From positions 186,001 through 250,000 of IMG/VR virus record IMGVR_UViG_3300042549_005931: a DNA stretch of 64,000 nucleotides. One strand, written 5' to 3'. Below, piece by piece: positions 36,627-48,118 of the stretch. The translations under genes were made by a program, and so were the position numbers. The stretch's first letter is position 1, and each line of letters begins with the position of its first letter. The notes beneath the pieces are model-generated. The model worked only from the letters and a program-made list of their open reading frames with translations. It did no database searches and was not told the DNA's origin.

Positions 36627-36807
36627 CGATATTTATATAGGTAAATAATATAATATGGCATTATTAAAAATTTCTGACGAGGAACGAAATAGAATTTCGG
36701 AACAACATAAAAAACTTGAAAAACAAGTCCAACAAAATAAAGACGAATTAAAAAAAGGTTTACAACCACCTGAAAATAAAAAAACCTCCAATTAGGAGGT
36801 TTTTTTA

Positions 36808-39162
36808 TTAGTTTTCTCTACGTTCATCTCTATTATAATGTTCAAAACGATTGTGTTCGGTTGGTGTTGCCAACAATATACCAAAATTCATTTTACCTTT
36901 AACGGTGTCTTGATACATTTGAGACATCCATGTTTGTTCATATGGATGTTGCCATTTGGTATCTAAAAACATTTTCTTATTACCTTCTCTTGAAACCACT
37001 TGTGGCCAATTACAATAGTAAATTTCACCGGTTGCGTATGGTAATTGTCTATGTGACTTTATATTTTTAAATTTCTGAAATGGGGCCAAGTTAACATCAT
37101 CAGAATTTTTTATTGGTACTTCAGGGAATAATTCCGCTCTTACGTGTGCCGGAACATTATGCCAAGCCCATTGTTTTGTATTATCACCAAAAAACTCACT
37201 AAAATTCCATTTAAGAAAATCAAAGTTTTCCATCCATATAATATTCATCATGATATTATAGAAGTCATTTATTTTTCTTCTAAATCCATTTCTACAAAAC
37301 TCATCTTTACCCAAGTAAAAAAACATATCATCCTCAAAAAAGAAATGATAATCAAATTCATTTTCTTCAGCATGTTCAGCAATAAATTGTCTACCACCAC
37401 ATATACCTAAATTATCTTTTTTAATCTCAACAAATCCATATTTCTCACATAATTCTTTATACTTTTCATCAGTTGATTTATCGATTGAATTATTTAATAG
37501 GAATTTTTTTGGTTGGGTTAAAAAGTTATTATCATATATTTCAAATGAAGTGCATAATTTTTCAAATTGACTTGGAGAGTTATAAGTTAATACATATAAA
37601 GCTACATTATTCATGTTATGTTCATTAATTTTTACGTTACCACCTGATTCAACCTTAGGTGTTAAGTTATCGGTTTTTAAATTTTCAAAAAACAAACCCA
37701 ATAATCCATTATGTTCTATTTCAAAATATTGGAAATATTCCGGGTACTTGTATAGTAAAATAGTAAATAAACTTTCTTCAGTACCCATATATCCCATACC
37801 CAATGTTGTGGACATCAAATTATAATACAACTCATTAACCTTTGGTATTAAATGTTTTGGACCACCAAATATGCCGCCTCTTGCAACTTTATCTACCTCA
37901 CCGCCAGCATATTCACACATTGGAGAATATTCAAATCCATGTATTTCAACTTTACCATCATAAGGGAAAGATACAAAACTAAATTTGGAAAAATACTTGT
38001 CAATTTTTTTAATAACGTTATCATGTGAAAAATAACCTTCATGCACGGTATTGGTTAATGCACCATCAATCCAAACTAAATGTGATGAATTAAATGGGTC
38101 CATAATCATCGCATCATTTAATAAAAACATTTTTGACATAACAATTGGATTGTACATATCTAACTTTGCTTGAGTGCTTTCAACTAACCAACCAACTTGA
38201 TTATACCAATCTGGATTTGTTCTAATCTTTTGTATTTTATCATACAATTCCCCGTTATTCTTAAACCAATCTAATTCTTTAACAATAATTAAAGTGTTAT
38301 GTTCTGACCTACGTTCCTTAACAAAATCTTTATATTTTTCTTCGATGAAAATAATCATATTATCTTCAACTAACATAAGTTTCTTTAGATGGTTAAGATA
38401 GTGGTCGAATTTTCTACTCCAACCTTCAGTAAGTTCTTCTCTTTTAATATCCCATATTCCCGTCACAATTGTAGTACCGCCATAGTTAATCTCTTTTTTC
38501 GGTTCTTTCTGTGGATTTAAATTTTCAACAACACCATTCTTTTTGTATACACCTAATTGTTCACATACTTCGATAACAGTATACTCGACACCTCTTTCTT
38601 TAAATGTATCCTCAATTGCAGCTCTAACACCAGGTAAATCAAATCGTTGATAATCATGAAAACAAATATAACCTCCGTCACTAACTCTATCAAAAATTTT
38701 ATTTAAACTATCATAAATCGAATCGTAAAAGTCACCATCTAAAAATGCAAATGATATTTTTTCTGGTAATTTATCTTCAGGAACATCTTTAAACCAATCC
38801 TTATGAATAATTGGTGTTGGTATGTTATTTTGTTCAAAATTTGAGATTAGAATTTCTTCAGTACTTTTTAATGTTCCCGCTTTCCATCCAGTGTTTTCTT
38901 CCCATTTTGATAACGGAGGTAAACCCTCAAAAGAATCATAAACATATAATTTTTTTTCTGATTCCATCTCAATTAATGTCTTCATCAAATACTTTGATGA
39001 TTCCCCAACATAGCAACCAAATTCTGTAACGTCACCCTCTATGTTCTCTTCAATTGATTTAATCAAAAAACTAACTAAATTTTTTATTTGGTCATCGTTT
39101 ATTATTGATGAGTCAATTTTTTTATTTTCAAATTTTAAAATATTATCTTTTTTACTAATCAT
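36808..39162 (-). CDS. TylF/MycF methyltransferase fused to HtrL-like and GT-A glycosyltransferase domains
   Basis: EFGCYVG, DSFEGLP, LDGDFYDS; WIDG, GTEES; FFEDD. Confidence 0.75.
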   Translation of the reverse strand: MISKKDNILKFENKKIDSSIINDDQIKNLVSFLIKSIEENIEGDVTEFGCYVGESSKYLMKTLIEMESEKKLYVYDSFEGLPPLSKWEENTGWKAGTLKSTEEILISNFEQNNIPTPIIHKDWFKDVPEDKLPEKISFAFLDGDFYDSIYDSLNKIFDRVSDGGYICFHDYQRFDLPGVRAAIEDTFKERGVEYTVIEVCEQLGVYKKNGVVENLNPQKEPKKEINYGGTTIVTGIWDIKREELTEGWSRKFDHYLNHLKKLMLVEDNMIIFIEEKYKDFVKERRSEHNTLIIVKELDWFKNNGELYDKIQKIRTNPDWYNQVGWLVESTQAKLDMYNPIVMSKMFLLNDAMIMDPFNSSHLVWIDGALTNTVHEGYFSHDNVIKKIDKYFSKFSFVSFPYDGKVEIHGFEYSPMCEYAGGEVDKVARGGIFGGPKHLIPKVNELYYNLMSTTLGMGYMGTEESLFTILLYKYPEYFQYFEIEHNGLLGLFFENLKTDNLTPKVESGGNVKINEHNMNNVALYVLTYNSPSQFEKLCTSFEIYDNNFLTQPKKFLLNNSIDKSTDEKYKELCEKYGFVEIKKDNLGICGGRQFIAEHAEENEFDYHFFFEDDMFFYLGKDEFCRNGFRRKINDFYNIMMNIIWMENFDFLKWNFSEFFGDNTKQWAWHNVPAHVRAELFPEVPIKNSDDVNLAPFQKFKNIKSHRQLPYATGEIYYCNWPQVVSREGNKKMFLDTKWQHPYEQTWMSQMYQDTVKGKMNFGILLATPTEHNRFEHYNRDERREN

Positions 39163-39911
39163 ATCTCATTTTTTAATAATTCTAAATCATACGGAACATT
39201 TGTCCCATTAATTTTTTGAAATGTCACTTCTTTATTATCACTTTTGTATTCTTCCATAAATTTTAAATTTTCTTCAAGAAGATGTGACATTGTCCATCCT
39301 AATTTATGACAAAACCATCTACTCACATTCGCATTTAATGGTTCTCTATCCATTATTATTAGTCTATCATATTGTCTTGAAATAAAATACATTAAATGTT
39401 CAAAACCTTCTGGATTTGGTATTGAATAGAGATAATCAAAAAATTCAACACTGTGTAATTTCATATCTTCAAAAATATTATTTTTGTTTGTATTGGCAAA
39501 GAATATATCGGTAGACATATTAATTCTTTTGTACCATATATTACCAGCATATGCACAATTTTGATTTTCAATATTCTTTAATATTTGAATTAATTTTTTT
39601 TCGTCCAATAACCAACTATCGATGGATAGTTTTACCCATAAATTTACCCCGTTTGATTTTAGAAAATCATATCCACCTAATGTTAACTCACAATCTGCAT
39701 CCGCATAATCACATCCACTTGGGTGTCTATCATTACCTCTACCCCCATTAGGTTTATATTGACATCTAAAATCACATTCAAAATTTTCATCCGAACCATT
39801 ATAACATAATGCAACATGTGGTTTTATTATTTCATATGAATCTAATATTTTTTTTAGTTCAGGCCAATACTCCTCTCTATTATAACAAGTAATTATAAAA
39901 TTAACATTCAT
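39159..39911 (-). CDS. putative glycosyltransferase
   Basis: NFIITCYNR N-terminus; within glycan cluster. Confidence 0.5.
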   Translation of the reverse strand: MNVNFIITCYNREEYWPELKKILDSYEIIKPHVALCYNGSDENFECDFRCQYKPNGGRGNDRHPSGCDYADADCELTLGGYDFLKSNGVNLWVKLSIDSWLLDEKKLIQILKNIENQNCAYAGNIWYKRINMSTDIFFANTNKNNIFEDMKLHSVEFFDYLYSIPNPEGFEHLMYFISRQYDRLIIMDREPLNANVSRWFCHKLGWTMSHLLEENLKFMEEYKSDNKEVTFQKINGTNVPYDLELLKNEI

Positions 39912-39914
39912 ACT

Positions 39915-41432
39915 CTACAAAGGATTATTTTTAATATATTCTTCTCCATTTATTTCCGGTGTGGATTTACTTCCTCCCTGATATCTTCTTGATGCGTCGG
40001 TATGACCAACATATGGACCCTCACCTAAATTACCATATAAAAAAGTACCCCAATCATCTTTGATGTCATCCCACTTATTTTCCGATATAATTTTTCTATA
40101 TGTCGGTATCATTGTCTCCTCAACATTATGTTGACCTTGATGTATTTTACCTACACCACCATTATCGATATATAATTCAAACCACTCTTTCATTTTAGAT
40201 AATCGAAACATTGCCGGATTGTTAGACCATCTACAAACCGTAATTAAATCAACCTCACTAACTCTATTTTCTAAATCAAAAGGTGTTACGTTATTATCAA
40301 TATCTGTGGCAATATCAAACCCTCGCATGACATTATCATCTTTAGAAAACCAAACCGCATTTATAAAGTTGTGGTTATTAAACGCATCAATTAAAGATAA
40401 AAAATCAATGTTGTCCTTTTTAAGGAAAACCCAATCATGCTCTAAAAATATAAAATATGGTGTACGTATTTTTTTCACCATACTATCTAAACTATTAATT
40501 AATCCACCAAATCCGGTTGAAAGTGTTATATTAAATTCACTAATATAATCTCTGAAATATGCATTTAATCTAACCTGTTCAAGTCTAACATCAAACCCAC
40601 TCGTCTCATCATAATGGATTAAAATTTTACATTTTTTTAATTCATTAGGTAAACTATGGAATAAATATTTTAAGTAAAACATATAATTTTCAACAAAGTG
40701 ACCTGTAATAACAATTGTAACTTCTTTTTCTATTTTATTTTCCATAAAGTTTTCTTTGTAATTATCAAATAAAAATCTATGATAATTTCCTTGAATCCAT
40801 GTACTATAATCAACGGGACCTCTTGGTTGAAGAGTTGAAACAAATCCACTTGCATGGTTAATTAGTAATGGTAAAGTTGTTAATGTTTTAAATCCGTAAT
40901 TATTTAACAGGGGAAGATAATCGTCTATTGCAATGTAATCTCTTTTGTAATTGGAATTATCCAATAAAAATTGATAAGCTCTTTTCTTAATCAAATATGC
41001 CCACGCTCCCGTACTTTTATCAACCACACCTAAATTTTCGGTAATTGGTACTATAAATGATTTAGGATTACACCCAAATAAAAGTACATCCCATTCTACA
41101 TTTTCTAAATCACTTTTAACCTTTTCTATAGAGTCTTTAAAAAATGTTTTTTCTGTTTTTATTGGGAGATAACATTCATCTTCAATATTAATATCATCCT
41201 CAACAACAAATATAATTTCTAAATCTTCATCTAATGATTGTTTGAATATACCTAAATGACTTTTGGTGCAAGAAAATTGTATCATTTCATCAGTCAATGC
41301 ATCAAATCTTTCTAACCCCTCTATTTGATATTTTAAAATTAAATTTTCTATGTGTTCTTTTCTGTCAACAGATGACGATAGATTAATATAAAATCCCTTA
41401 TCGGCAAAAGTATTACCTAATATACTAAACAT
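39915..41432 (-). CDS. GT25-like + GT-A fusion glycosyltransferase
   Basis: YINL...DRK, C..SH, VEDD, GAWAY; second domain FLEHDW. Confidence 0.7.
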   Translation of the reverse strand: MFSILGNTFADKGFYINLSSSVDRKEHIENLILKYQIEGLERFDALTDEMIQFSCTKSHLGIFKQSLDEDLEIIFVVEDDINIEDECYLPIKTEKTFFKDSIEKVKSDLENVEWDVLLFGCNPKSFIVPITENLGVVDKSTGAWAYLIKKRAYQFLLDNSNYKRDYIAIDDYLPLLNNYGFKTLTTLPLLINHASGFVSTLQPRGPVDYSTWIQGNYHRFLFDNYKENFMENKIEKEVTIVITGHFVENYMFYLKYLFHSLPNELKKCKILIHYDETSGFDVRLEQVRLNAYFRDYISEFNITLSTGFGGLINSLDSMVKKIRTPYFIFLEHDWVFLKKDNIDFLSLIDAFNNHNFINAVWFSKDDNVMRGFDIATDIDNNVTPFDLENRVSEVDLITVCRWSNNPAMFRLSKMKEWFELYIDNGGVGKIHQGQHNVEETMIPTYRKIISENKWDDIKDDWGTFLYGNLGEGPYVGHTDASRRYQGGSKSTPEINGEEYIKNNPL

Positions 41433-42093
41433 ACTTTAATAGTTCTTTTTTAATTATTAATTTATTTCCCTCCTCATATTGAACTTCGGCAATGTCGTCA
41501 ATTAAAACTACCTCATCCATATTGTTAATCCGTTCAATTAAATCAGAAAACCCTCTAACTTTATCATTGTTTATATGTAGATTTATATCCTCAAATAAAA
41601 TTAAATCAGGGATAATGTTGTTATCAAAAGCCTGTAGAATAATTTCACTATCCATTCCCTCACAATCAATTTTTAAAAAATTAATTTTATCAATTTCATA
41701 TTTTTCAATGAGGTCTTTAAATGTTATTTTAGTTACAGGTATTTTATCGGTATATTCACTTTCTTCTCTAAAAAAAGAACATAACCCTCTTGAATCATCA
41801 TTTTTTGGTGTTATTAAAAAATCCTCACCTTTTTCAATGTGTATCGCCGAATTTTCGTACTTAAAATTGTTATTCGGGTAATGTTGTTGATAATTACTCA
41901 CGAGCAAATCAAATCTCTCTTTAACAGGTTCAACAAATAAACTTGACCAATTTATGTTTAATAAATTAGATAGGAAAACCTCATCTACAAAGATACCATC
42001 ATTTGCACCTATTGAAACGAATGTGAAATTTTCGTTATCACTAATGTTACTTAATATTTTTTTTAATTTTATCATATTAATATCTATCTTCAA
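41425..42093 (-). CDS. FkbM family methyltransferase
   Basis: IGANDG, VEP, KIDCEGMD. Confidence 0.85.
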   Translation of the reverse strand: MKIDINMIKLKKILSNISDNENFTFVSIGANDGIFVDEVFLSNLLNINWSSLFVEPVKERFDLLVSNYQQHYPNNNFKYENSAIHIEKGEDFLITPKNDDSRGLCSFFREESEYTDKIPVTKITFKDLIEKYEIDKINFLKIDCEGMDSEIILQAFDNNIIPDLILFEDINLHINNDKVRGFSDLIERINNMDEVVLIDDIAEVQYEEGNKLIIKKELLKYV

Positions 42094-42829
42094 ATACGTG
42101 ATGAGTCACAAAAAGTGTATCAGTATGTATTAATTTATAATCCGACATCGGTATTACAAACGATAAGTTTGATAGATATCCGGTTTTATATCCGTAAGGT
42201 TTTTCATAACCATAGTTGGCAATGAAATCCCATTTATTGAAAAAGTTTAATAAGCTTTCTTTATCTTTTCCAAAAAATAATTGATTTGTTCCATCCAAAG
42301 TGTCGTAGTCATCACCAAATTTTAAATTTAAATCATCAATATATTGTTGGTGGTAATAAAATAATTCTTGATTTGGATGTCTGTGTTTATAAACAAATCG
42401 TGCGGAAGACGTTTTAACGGTATTTGGTTCGTATAAACTCATTAAATGATTCATAACTACTTCTTTTGAAAAACCGTCTTTTATTTTAGTGTCACATTCT
42501 AAAAAATATAAACCTAAATAACCATCTTCGGCAGCCTTTCTAAGAATAAACCGTCTCAAATTCCACGGATATCTAGCCGGATATAAACCCGCCGGGTCTT
42601 CAGGTAACGGCTCATTAATTTTTGAATTTTCATTATCTTTTCTTAAATCTTCAATATCAAAAACTTTTATTAGTGGATGATTTTCATATTCACTAAATTC
42701 TTTTTTTAGATTTGTTGAGATATAAAATGGTATATCCAAACCCAATTCTAAAAATCTTTTAATATTATAATCCTTTACTCTCTTGACGTAATTAGGATAA
42801 TTGGCCTCAGTTAAAAAACAAATATTCAT
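42077..42829 (-). CDS. putative glycosyltransferase
   Basis: FLECD DxD-like motif; within glycan cluster. Confidence 0.45.
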   Translation of the reverse strand: MNICFLTEANYPNYVKRVKDYNIKRFLELGLDIPFYISTNLKKEFSEYENHPLIKVFDIEDLRKDNENSKINEPLPEDPAGLYPARYPWNLRRFILRKAAEDGYLGLYFLECDTKIKDGFSKEVVMNHLMSLYEPNTVKTSSARFVYKHRHPNQELFYYHQQYIDDLNLKFGDDYDTLDGTNQLFFGKDKESLLNFFNKWDFIANYGYEKPYGYKTGYLSNLSFVIPMSDYKLIHTDTLFVTHHVFEDRY

Positions 42830-42830
42830 A

Positions 42831-44084
42831 TTATAAAACCCCCGTTAATCTTTCTCCCCACCCATGTTTTTCAGAATGTGCCCAAACGACCCATTTATGT
42901 GGTTTTTTAACTGTATCAAAACTTCTCCAAACCTTACAATAACCATCCGGGTCGTTTTTCATCATTCTAATTTCATTAACATCGGCATCCTTTCTGTAAA
43001 TCTCAACCCCATCCTCATCTTCAAATGCGACGGCCCAAAATGTATAATCATCATGTGGTACTTGACTATAATTAATATCGATACAATGTTTGAATATTTG
43101 TGAGAATGATTTTTGATACTCATCAAAATCTTCAATTACAGGATTCGGTGCCAAATTATTTTCTAACGTATATTGTTGTACACCACGTTTTTTAAACGAT
43201 AAACCCGAATACGCTTCATATTCCGCCAATGTTCTTTTTGTACCAAAGTCATATACACCAAAATCAACATCTTTAACTTCACCGTCCATCTCAAATAATT
43301 TACGATTACGTTTATGACAATTATTATTTCTTGTTACCCAAACAGGGTCATCGTCCCATTGTTTCTTTCTACCTTTTCTTGTGTATTCATGCCAAACAAG
43401 TACTTTATGTGGGTGAAATAAATCATACCCATTAGTAAAAGCTCTAACAGCAATTGAAATTTCTTCACCATGAAAATAATACTCAGGGTCGTGAGGCACC
43501 TCAACGGTAAACTGACCTAATGTAAAACAAAAGTGTGCGGAATAGAATCTTGCCGGTACGGGTTCCGTTCTTTCTTGATAATCATCAATAGTTGCAGGAA
43601 TAAAAAATACCGCACCTTCTGGAATAAATCTATCAAAATTCATTTTCCAAGGTTGTAAAACTCTACCCGATGGGTCGTTGTCAGGGTCAAATGACGAAAC
43701 ATAACCGGTTAATAAAGGTTTCTCATGACCTTTCTTTTGGAGTTGTTTAATCATACCAATTGCCTCAACATCCCAATCTTGAATAAATCTATGATGTGAA
43801 TCTAATTGAAGTGTGTATTCTTCACCGTCATATTGTTGTTGTAATTGATTTCTCGCCCAACAAGCACCTTGACTATCTTTATAATCGATATCAATAATTT
43901 TGAATCTTTTATCTTTTTTAAACTCATCAAGATTGTCCCACTCATCTTCAGGTGAATGTTGCCAAGCAATTGAAAAAACCAATTTTTTAGGGTTTTTTGC
44001 CTTTTCAATACAATCTTTAATAGTTGGAATTAATTGAGGGTCTCTATAAGAGGCTATTTGAATAAATATTTTTCCGTTTCCCAT
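42831..44084 (-). CDS. GlcNAc-transferase, Skp1-hydroxyproline (GT60-like) family
   Basis: IFIQIASYRD, GACWAR, QLDSHHRF, FHGEE motifs. Confidence 0.8.
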   Translation of the reverse strand: MGNGKIFIQIASYRDPQLIPTIKDCIEKAKNPKKLVFSIAWQHSPEDEWDNLDEFKKDKRFKIIDIDYKDSQGACWARNQLQQQYDGEEYTLQLDSHHRFIQDWDVEAIGMIKQLQKKGHEKPLLTGYVSSFDPDNDPSGRVLQPWKMNFDRFIPEGAVFFIPATIDDYQERTEPVPARFYSAHFCFTLGQFTVEVPHDPEYYFHGEEISIAVRAFTNGYDLFHPHKVLVWHEYTRKGRKKQWDDDPVWVTRNNNCHKRNRKLFEMDGEVKDVDFGVYDFGTKRTLAEYEAYSGLSFKKRGVQQYTLENNLAPNPVIEDFDEYQKSFSQIFKHCIDINYSQVPHDDYTFWAVAFEDEDGVEIYRKDADVNEIRMMKNDPDGYCKVWRSFDTVKKPHKWVVWAHSEKHGWGERLTGVL

Positions 44085-44195
44085 GTAATGTTTTTTTTAT
44101 AATGTAGGTAAAAAAATTCATTTAATAAACCTAATGATATTTTTTTTAATAAAAATATTGTAGTATATTTGGTCGTTAAACTAAACAATAAAGGT

Positions 44196-45269
44196 ATGTC
44201 AAAACAACTTTTCGATTTCGATGATATTCTAATTCAACCGGCAGATGTGACCCGAATTGAAAGCCGTAGTGAAATTAATGCACGTTACCGTGATTATTTA
44301 CCACTCATGACCGCACCAATGGATACTGTTGTTAGTGAAGAGAACAAACGTCTATTTGATGATTTAGGTATTAGGGTTGTGTTACCAAGAATAAGTAACC
44401 CGAACGATAACTACGTTTCAAGTAGTGAATTCCTATCATATAGTTTAACTGACTTTGAAAGAATATTCTTGGATAGAACACCGGAACGTAAGTACCGCAA
44501 AATGTGTGCACTAATTGATGTGGCTAATGGCCATATGGAAAATGTATATGAGTTTGCCAAATCCGCAAAGATAAAATACGAAGATGACTTGATATTAATG
44601 GTTGGTAACGTAGCCAATCCGGATACATATTATAGATTCGCATCAATTAATGTTGATTATGTGAGAATTGGAATTGGTAATGGTGCGGGTTGTTTAACCA
44701 CACAACAGACCGGCATTGGTTACCCTATGGCATCGTTGATTGAAGAATGTGGTAATATACAAACAAAAAAATTTTACATGGGTAATTGTAATCCATATGA
44801 AACAAAAATTGTTGCTGATGGTGGATTCCAAAAATACTCTGACGTTATCAAAGCTTTAGCCTTAGGTGCTGATTATGTTATGTTGGGGTCTATATTCAAT
44901 AAAGCTTTGGAAAGTGCGGGAGAGACACAAAAAATGATTCATCACCAAATGGGTGGGTGGGAAACTATTGACCAATATAGTGATGGAGCCAAACAAATGT
45001 TAGAATCTGATATTCGTCTTAAAAAAGTGTTTAGAGGCATGAGTACCAAAGAAGTCCAACGTGATTGGGGTAAAGAGAAGTTAACAACATCAGAAGGTGT
45101 GGTTAGAGAACATAGAGTAGAATATACTTTAAGTCAATGGGTGGAGAACTTTGAAGATTATCTTAAATCGGCAATGAGTTATACCAATAAAAAAACCTTA
45201 CCGGAGTTTATCGGTAAGGTTAAATATAACTTTATTACTATGAATAGTTTAAAAAGATTCAGTAAGTAA
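44196..45269 (+). CDS. guaC: GMP reductase / IMP dehydrogenase family
   Basis: APMDTV, IDVANGH, GIGNGAGCLT, ADGG, FRGMST. Confidence 0.75.
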   Translation: MSKQLFDFDDILIQPADVTRIESRSEINARYRDYLPLMTAPMDTVVSEENKRLFDDLGIRVVLPRISNPNDNYVSSSEFLSYSLTDFERIFLDRTPERKYRKMCALIDVANGHMENVYEFAKSAKIKYEDDLILMVGNVANPDTYYRFASINVDYVRIGIGNGAGCLTTQQTGIGYPMASLIEECGNIQTKKFYMGNCNPYETKIVADGGFQKYSDVIKALALGADYVMLGSIFNKALESAGETQKMIHHQMGGWETIDQYSDGAKQMLESDIRLKKVFRGMSTKEVQRDWGKEKLTTSEGVVREHRVEYTLSQWVENFEDYLKSAMSYTNKKTLPEFIGKVKYNFITMNSLKRFSK

Positions 45270-45506
45270 TTAGATGTCGAAATCTTTTTCTTCTTGAGCA
45301 GATAATTCACCATCTCTTTTCATACCCTCTTTAATATATGTTCTAATTAATTTAGATACTTCCATACCTTTGTGTTCTGCAACCTTTTCGATTTCATTGA
45401 AATAAGCAGGTACCACTCTAAAGGTTACCATCTTAATTAATTGCTTATGTTTTGGTTGGTCTGAATGTCCGATAGGGGACGAATCATTTGATTTTTTAGA
45501 TGCCAT
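45270..45506 (-). CDS. ribbon-helix-helix-like DNA-binding protein
   Basis: MVTFRV...IEKVA...SKLIR. Confidence 0.5.
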   Translation of the reverse strand: MASKKSNDSSPIGHSDQPKHKQLIKMVTFRVVPAYFNEIEKVAEHKGMEVSKLIRTYIKEGMKRDGELSAQEEKDFDI

Positions 45507-45578
45507 TGTATTACATTTTATATATAAATATTTGATAAAGTCTTAATTATTCACTATATTAGTAAAAAAAACAAAAAT

Positions 45579-45929
45579 ATGTCAGAAGAAGCAAAAAGTA
45601 CAACAAAACAGTGTGAGGAATTGTATCCTGAAACAACATCCGAATTTAAAAAAATCTTAAAAGAACAATATGATTTGTTCTGTAGAAAACAATTAAATTA
45701 CGGACCCGATAATATTTCAGTAGGAACTCGTTGTGAGAAACCTGAAGAAATTAAATTGTCTCAAACGGGTTTGTGGTTCCGTATGAATGACAAAATACAG
45801 AGACTTAAGCAATTGGTATTATTAGGTCACGATGATACTGTTGGTGAAAGTATTCAAGATAGTTATCAAGATTTATCGGTCTACGGCATTATTGCTCAGA
45901 TTGTAAGTCGTGGTAAATGGGGAAAATAA
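45579..45929 (+). CDS. DUF1599 / nucleotide-modification-associated protein
   Basis: K..NYG, RMNDKIQRL, DSYQDLSVYGII. Confidence 0.75.
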   Translation: MSEEAKSTTKQCEELYPETTSEFKKILKEQYDLFCRKQLNYGPDNISVGTRCEKPEEIKLSQTGLWFRMNDKIQRLKQLVLLGHDDTVGESIQDSYQDLSVYGIIAQIVSRGKWGK

Positions 45930-45975
45930 TCCCCATTTATTTTTTGATGACTATTTATTGAAAACGAAAAAAAAA

Positions 45976-46329
45976 ATGAAAGTGAACATAAATCAACAAT
46001 CCTTTGTGGCATTTTTAGAAAATGTTACGGAGACTATAGTTTCAAACGTTAATGTTGAAAACTATTTTTCATTACCCCAAGATAAAAAGATGAATGTTCT
46101 TTATGTAGTTTTTAAATTAATGAAAAATTCATTAAAAGTAAGAACAAAATTTAGTGACGAAGACTTAAAAGATTTTGTTAACGTTCTTATGAAAAGTAAC
46201 GTAAACTCAGAAAATTATGAATTTGCTGCAATTCTAAAAGACATTAGTAACAATTTTGATTCAATCAATGAGGTTACTAAACCGGTTAAAAGACAAACAA
46301 GAACAATTAAGACCGGTCCTAAGGAGTAA
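45976..46329 (+). CDS. hypothetical protein with UVR-like motif
   Basis: ENYEFAAILKD. Confidence 0.55.
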   Translation: MKVNINQQSFVAFLENVTETIVSNVNVENYFSLPQDKKMNVLYVVFKLMKNSLKVRTKFSDEDLKDFVNVLMKSNVNSENYEFAAILKDISNNFDSINEVTKPVKRQTRTIKTGPKE

Positions 46330-46606
46330 TATCCTCAAATTCAACATCTTTAATTTCTCGTAAAAACAAATAAACCCCACCATATTGTGGGGTTTTTAAT
46401 AATATATCACATAACCACAAATCTTTAAGATACCTTGCGTAATCTTCTTCAATACGGTCAATCCTTATTCTCTTAAACCCTAAGTAGAGTTTACCGTTAT
46501 ATGGGAATAATTTATTGGTTAAAGTAGTTGTCATCAAATAGTCGAAACATGAGATATGTAATCCCAATTAACAATATAACAGAAATTACTACAATAATAA
46601 ACATTA

Positions 46607-47236
46607 TTACTTAAATGTAAAACCTGTTAATTTTTCTATTTGTGACACCGGTACTTCGTTATTTTCAAACCCATCTGGATTTGATAAATCATTGTTAAAT
46701 AAGTACGCATGCCATTTTCCAGCAACCTGAACTACTTTCCAACATTGTGTGGGAACCGATACCAACCCAATTTTCTTTGCTTCACCAACTGAACCACTCC
46801 ATACTCTCACTTTTGCACTAATTAATGCCCAATTTCTGGTTGCGGTTTCTAATGATTTCCAATCTCCAGCATTTAATCTATGTGTTTGTGCAACCATATT
46901 TGAGAAATAAAAACATTCATCTTGTACCGCTTGGGTTTGGCAAAGGTTGTCAGCTGCCGGCATTACATGTCCTCTATCGTATCCACTTTTTACATAGTAA
47001 ACTGCAATATTAGTTTCATCTACCAATTGTGGGTCGGGCTTAAAGTTATCCTTTCTTTTTAATGGAGTTGGACAACCTACCATCGCTTTTGTTGTTTCCC
47101 ATTGTACCAACACTGGATATCTTTTTGATTTACTGAAGTGTGTTGTGTAATTTGTGTGTTTTAAGACAACGATGTCTTGAGCAATTATACTAAAAGGTAA
47201 TATACCAATTAGTAAAAGTAACATTAGTTTTTTCAT
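46607..47236 (-). CDS. secreted DNA/RNA non-specific endonuclease (NucA-like)
   Basis: signal peptide; YDRGHVMPAAD, NMVAQ...LN.G.W..LE. Confidence 0.9.
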   Translation of the reverse strand: MKKLMLLLLIGILPFSIIAQDIVVLKHTNYTTHFSKSKRYPVLVQWETTKAMVGCPTPLKRKDNFKPDPQLVDETNIAVYYVKSGYDRGHVMPAADNLCQTQAVQDECFYFSNMVAQTHRLNAGDWKSLETATRNWALISAKVRVWSGSVGEAKKIGLVSVPTQCWKVVQVAGKWHAYLFNNDLSNPDGFENNEVPVSQIEKLTGFTFK

Positions 47237-47260
47237 AGTTTGTTTTGTTTAAAATTGTGT

Positions 47261-48070
47261 TTATAAATTTATACCCACTCCGATAATGCCATTTCTTCGT
47301 ATTGGGTCATAGTCTAGTTTAATGGTGGCATATTTGAAATCGTGTATTATACCAAATTTCATTGTCATAAAGTCCGAATTATATTTTGGGAATGTGATGT
47401 ATCCAATTCTATCTTTTCCTTGAAATCTCACTTCCTCATTTCCTAAACCCAAAGATATGTGCATTCCGTTTCTACCATATCGTTTACCGATACCTGCGTA
47501 GAATACTTTGTTAGATACCCAATCCTCAACTAATGGGAAATCAACAATATCTAAATTACCAAATGGAAAATATGACGATGAATTTTTTTGCGTTGATTGT
47601 TGATATTCCAATAATACATAGTTTACATGTCCTATTGCCAACCAACCACCAATCTGATTACCTTTTGATGTTTGTACACCAAATGCCCAACGCATTGGTT
47701 TAACACTTATAGTGTCTCTCTTACCATCTTTGTAGATACGAACTTGACCTCTTTGTCTATATCCAAAGTCATCATAGAAATAATATGGATACATGTTGTA
47801 ATATCCAAATCCATTAAACCATGGATACACACCACCCACCCAAACTTGTCTGTTACGGTAATATGGGGTATTTGGATATTCTCTATATTGTGGTGTACTT
47901 CTCCATCTACTCACACCTTCATTACGATTTGGTTGTGAGTATTCTCTATTTGATGGTACGTTTACGCTACTCCTTTGTTGTGGTGCAGTTGTTGCACCAC
48001 TTCTCCAAGAGGATACTTGTCCTAATAACAATGTTGGTAATAACAAAAATAATAATATTAATTGTTTCAT
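47261..48070 (-). CDS. secreted beta-barrel-like protein
   Basis: signal peptide, aromatic beta strands. Confidence 0.5.
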   Translation of the reverse strand: MKQLILLFLLLPTLLLGQVSSWRSGATTAPQQRSSVNVPSNREYSQPNRNEGVSRWRSTPQYREYPNTPYYRNRQVWVGGVYPWFNGFGYYNMYPYYFYDDFGYRQRGQVRIYKDGKRDTISVKPMRWAFGVQTSKGNQIGGWLAIGHVNYVLLEYQQSTQKNSSSYFPFGNLDIVDFPLVEDWVSNKVFYAGIGKRYGRNGMHISLGLGNEEVRFQGKDRIGYITFPKYNSDFMTMKFGIIHDFKYATIKLDYDPIRRNGIIGVGINL

Positions 48071-48118
48071 AGTTATAATTATTTTACAACTATAAATATC
48101 AATTAAACAATTATCTTA

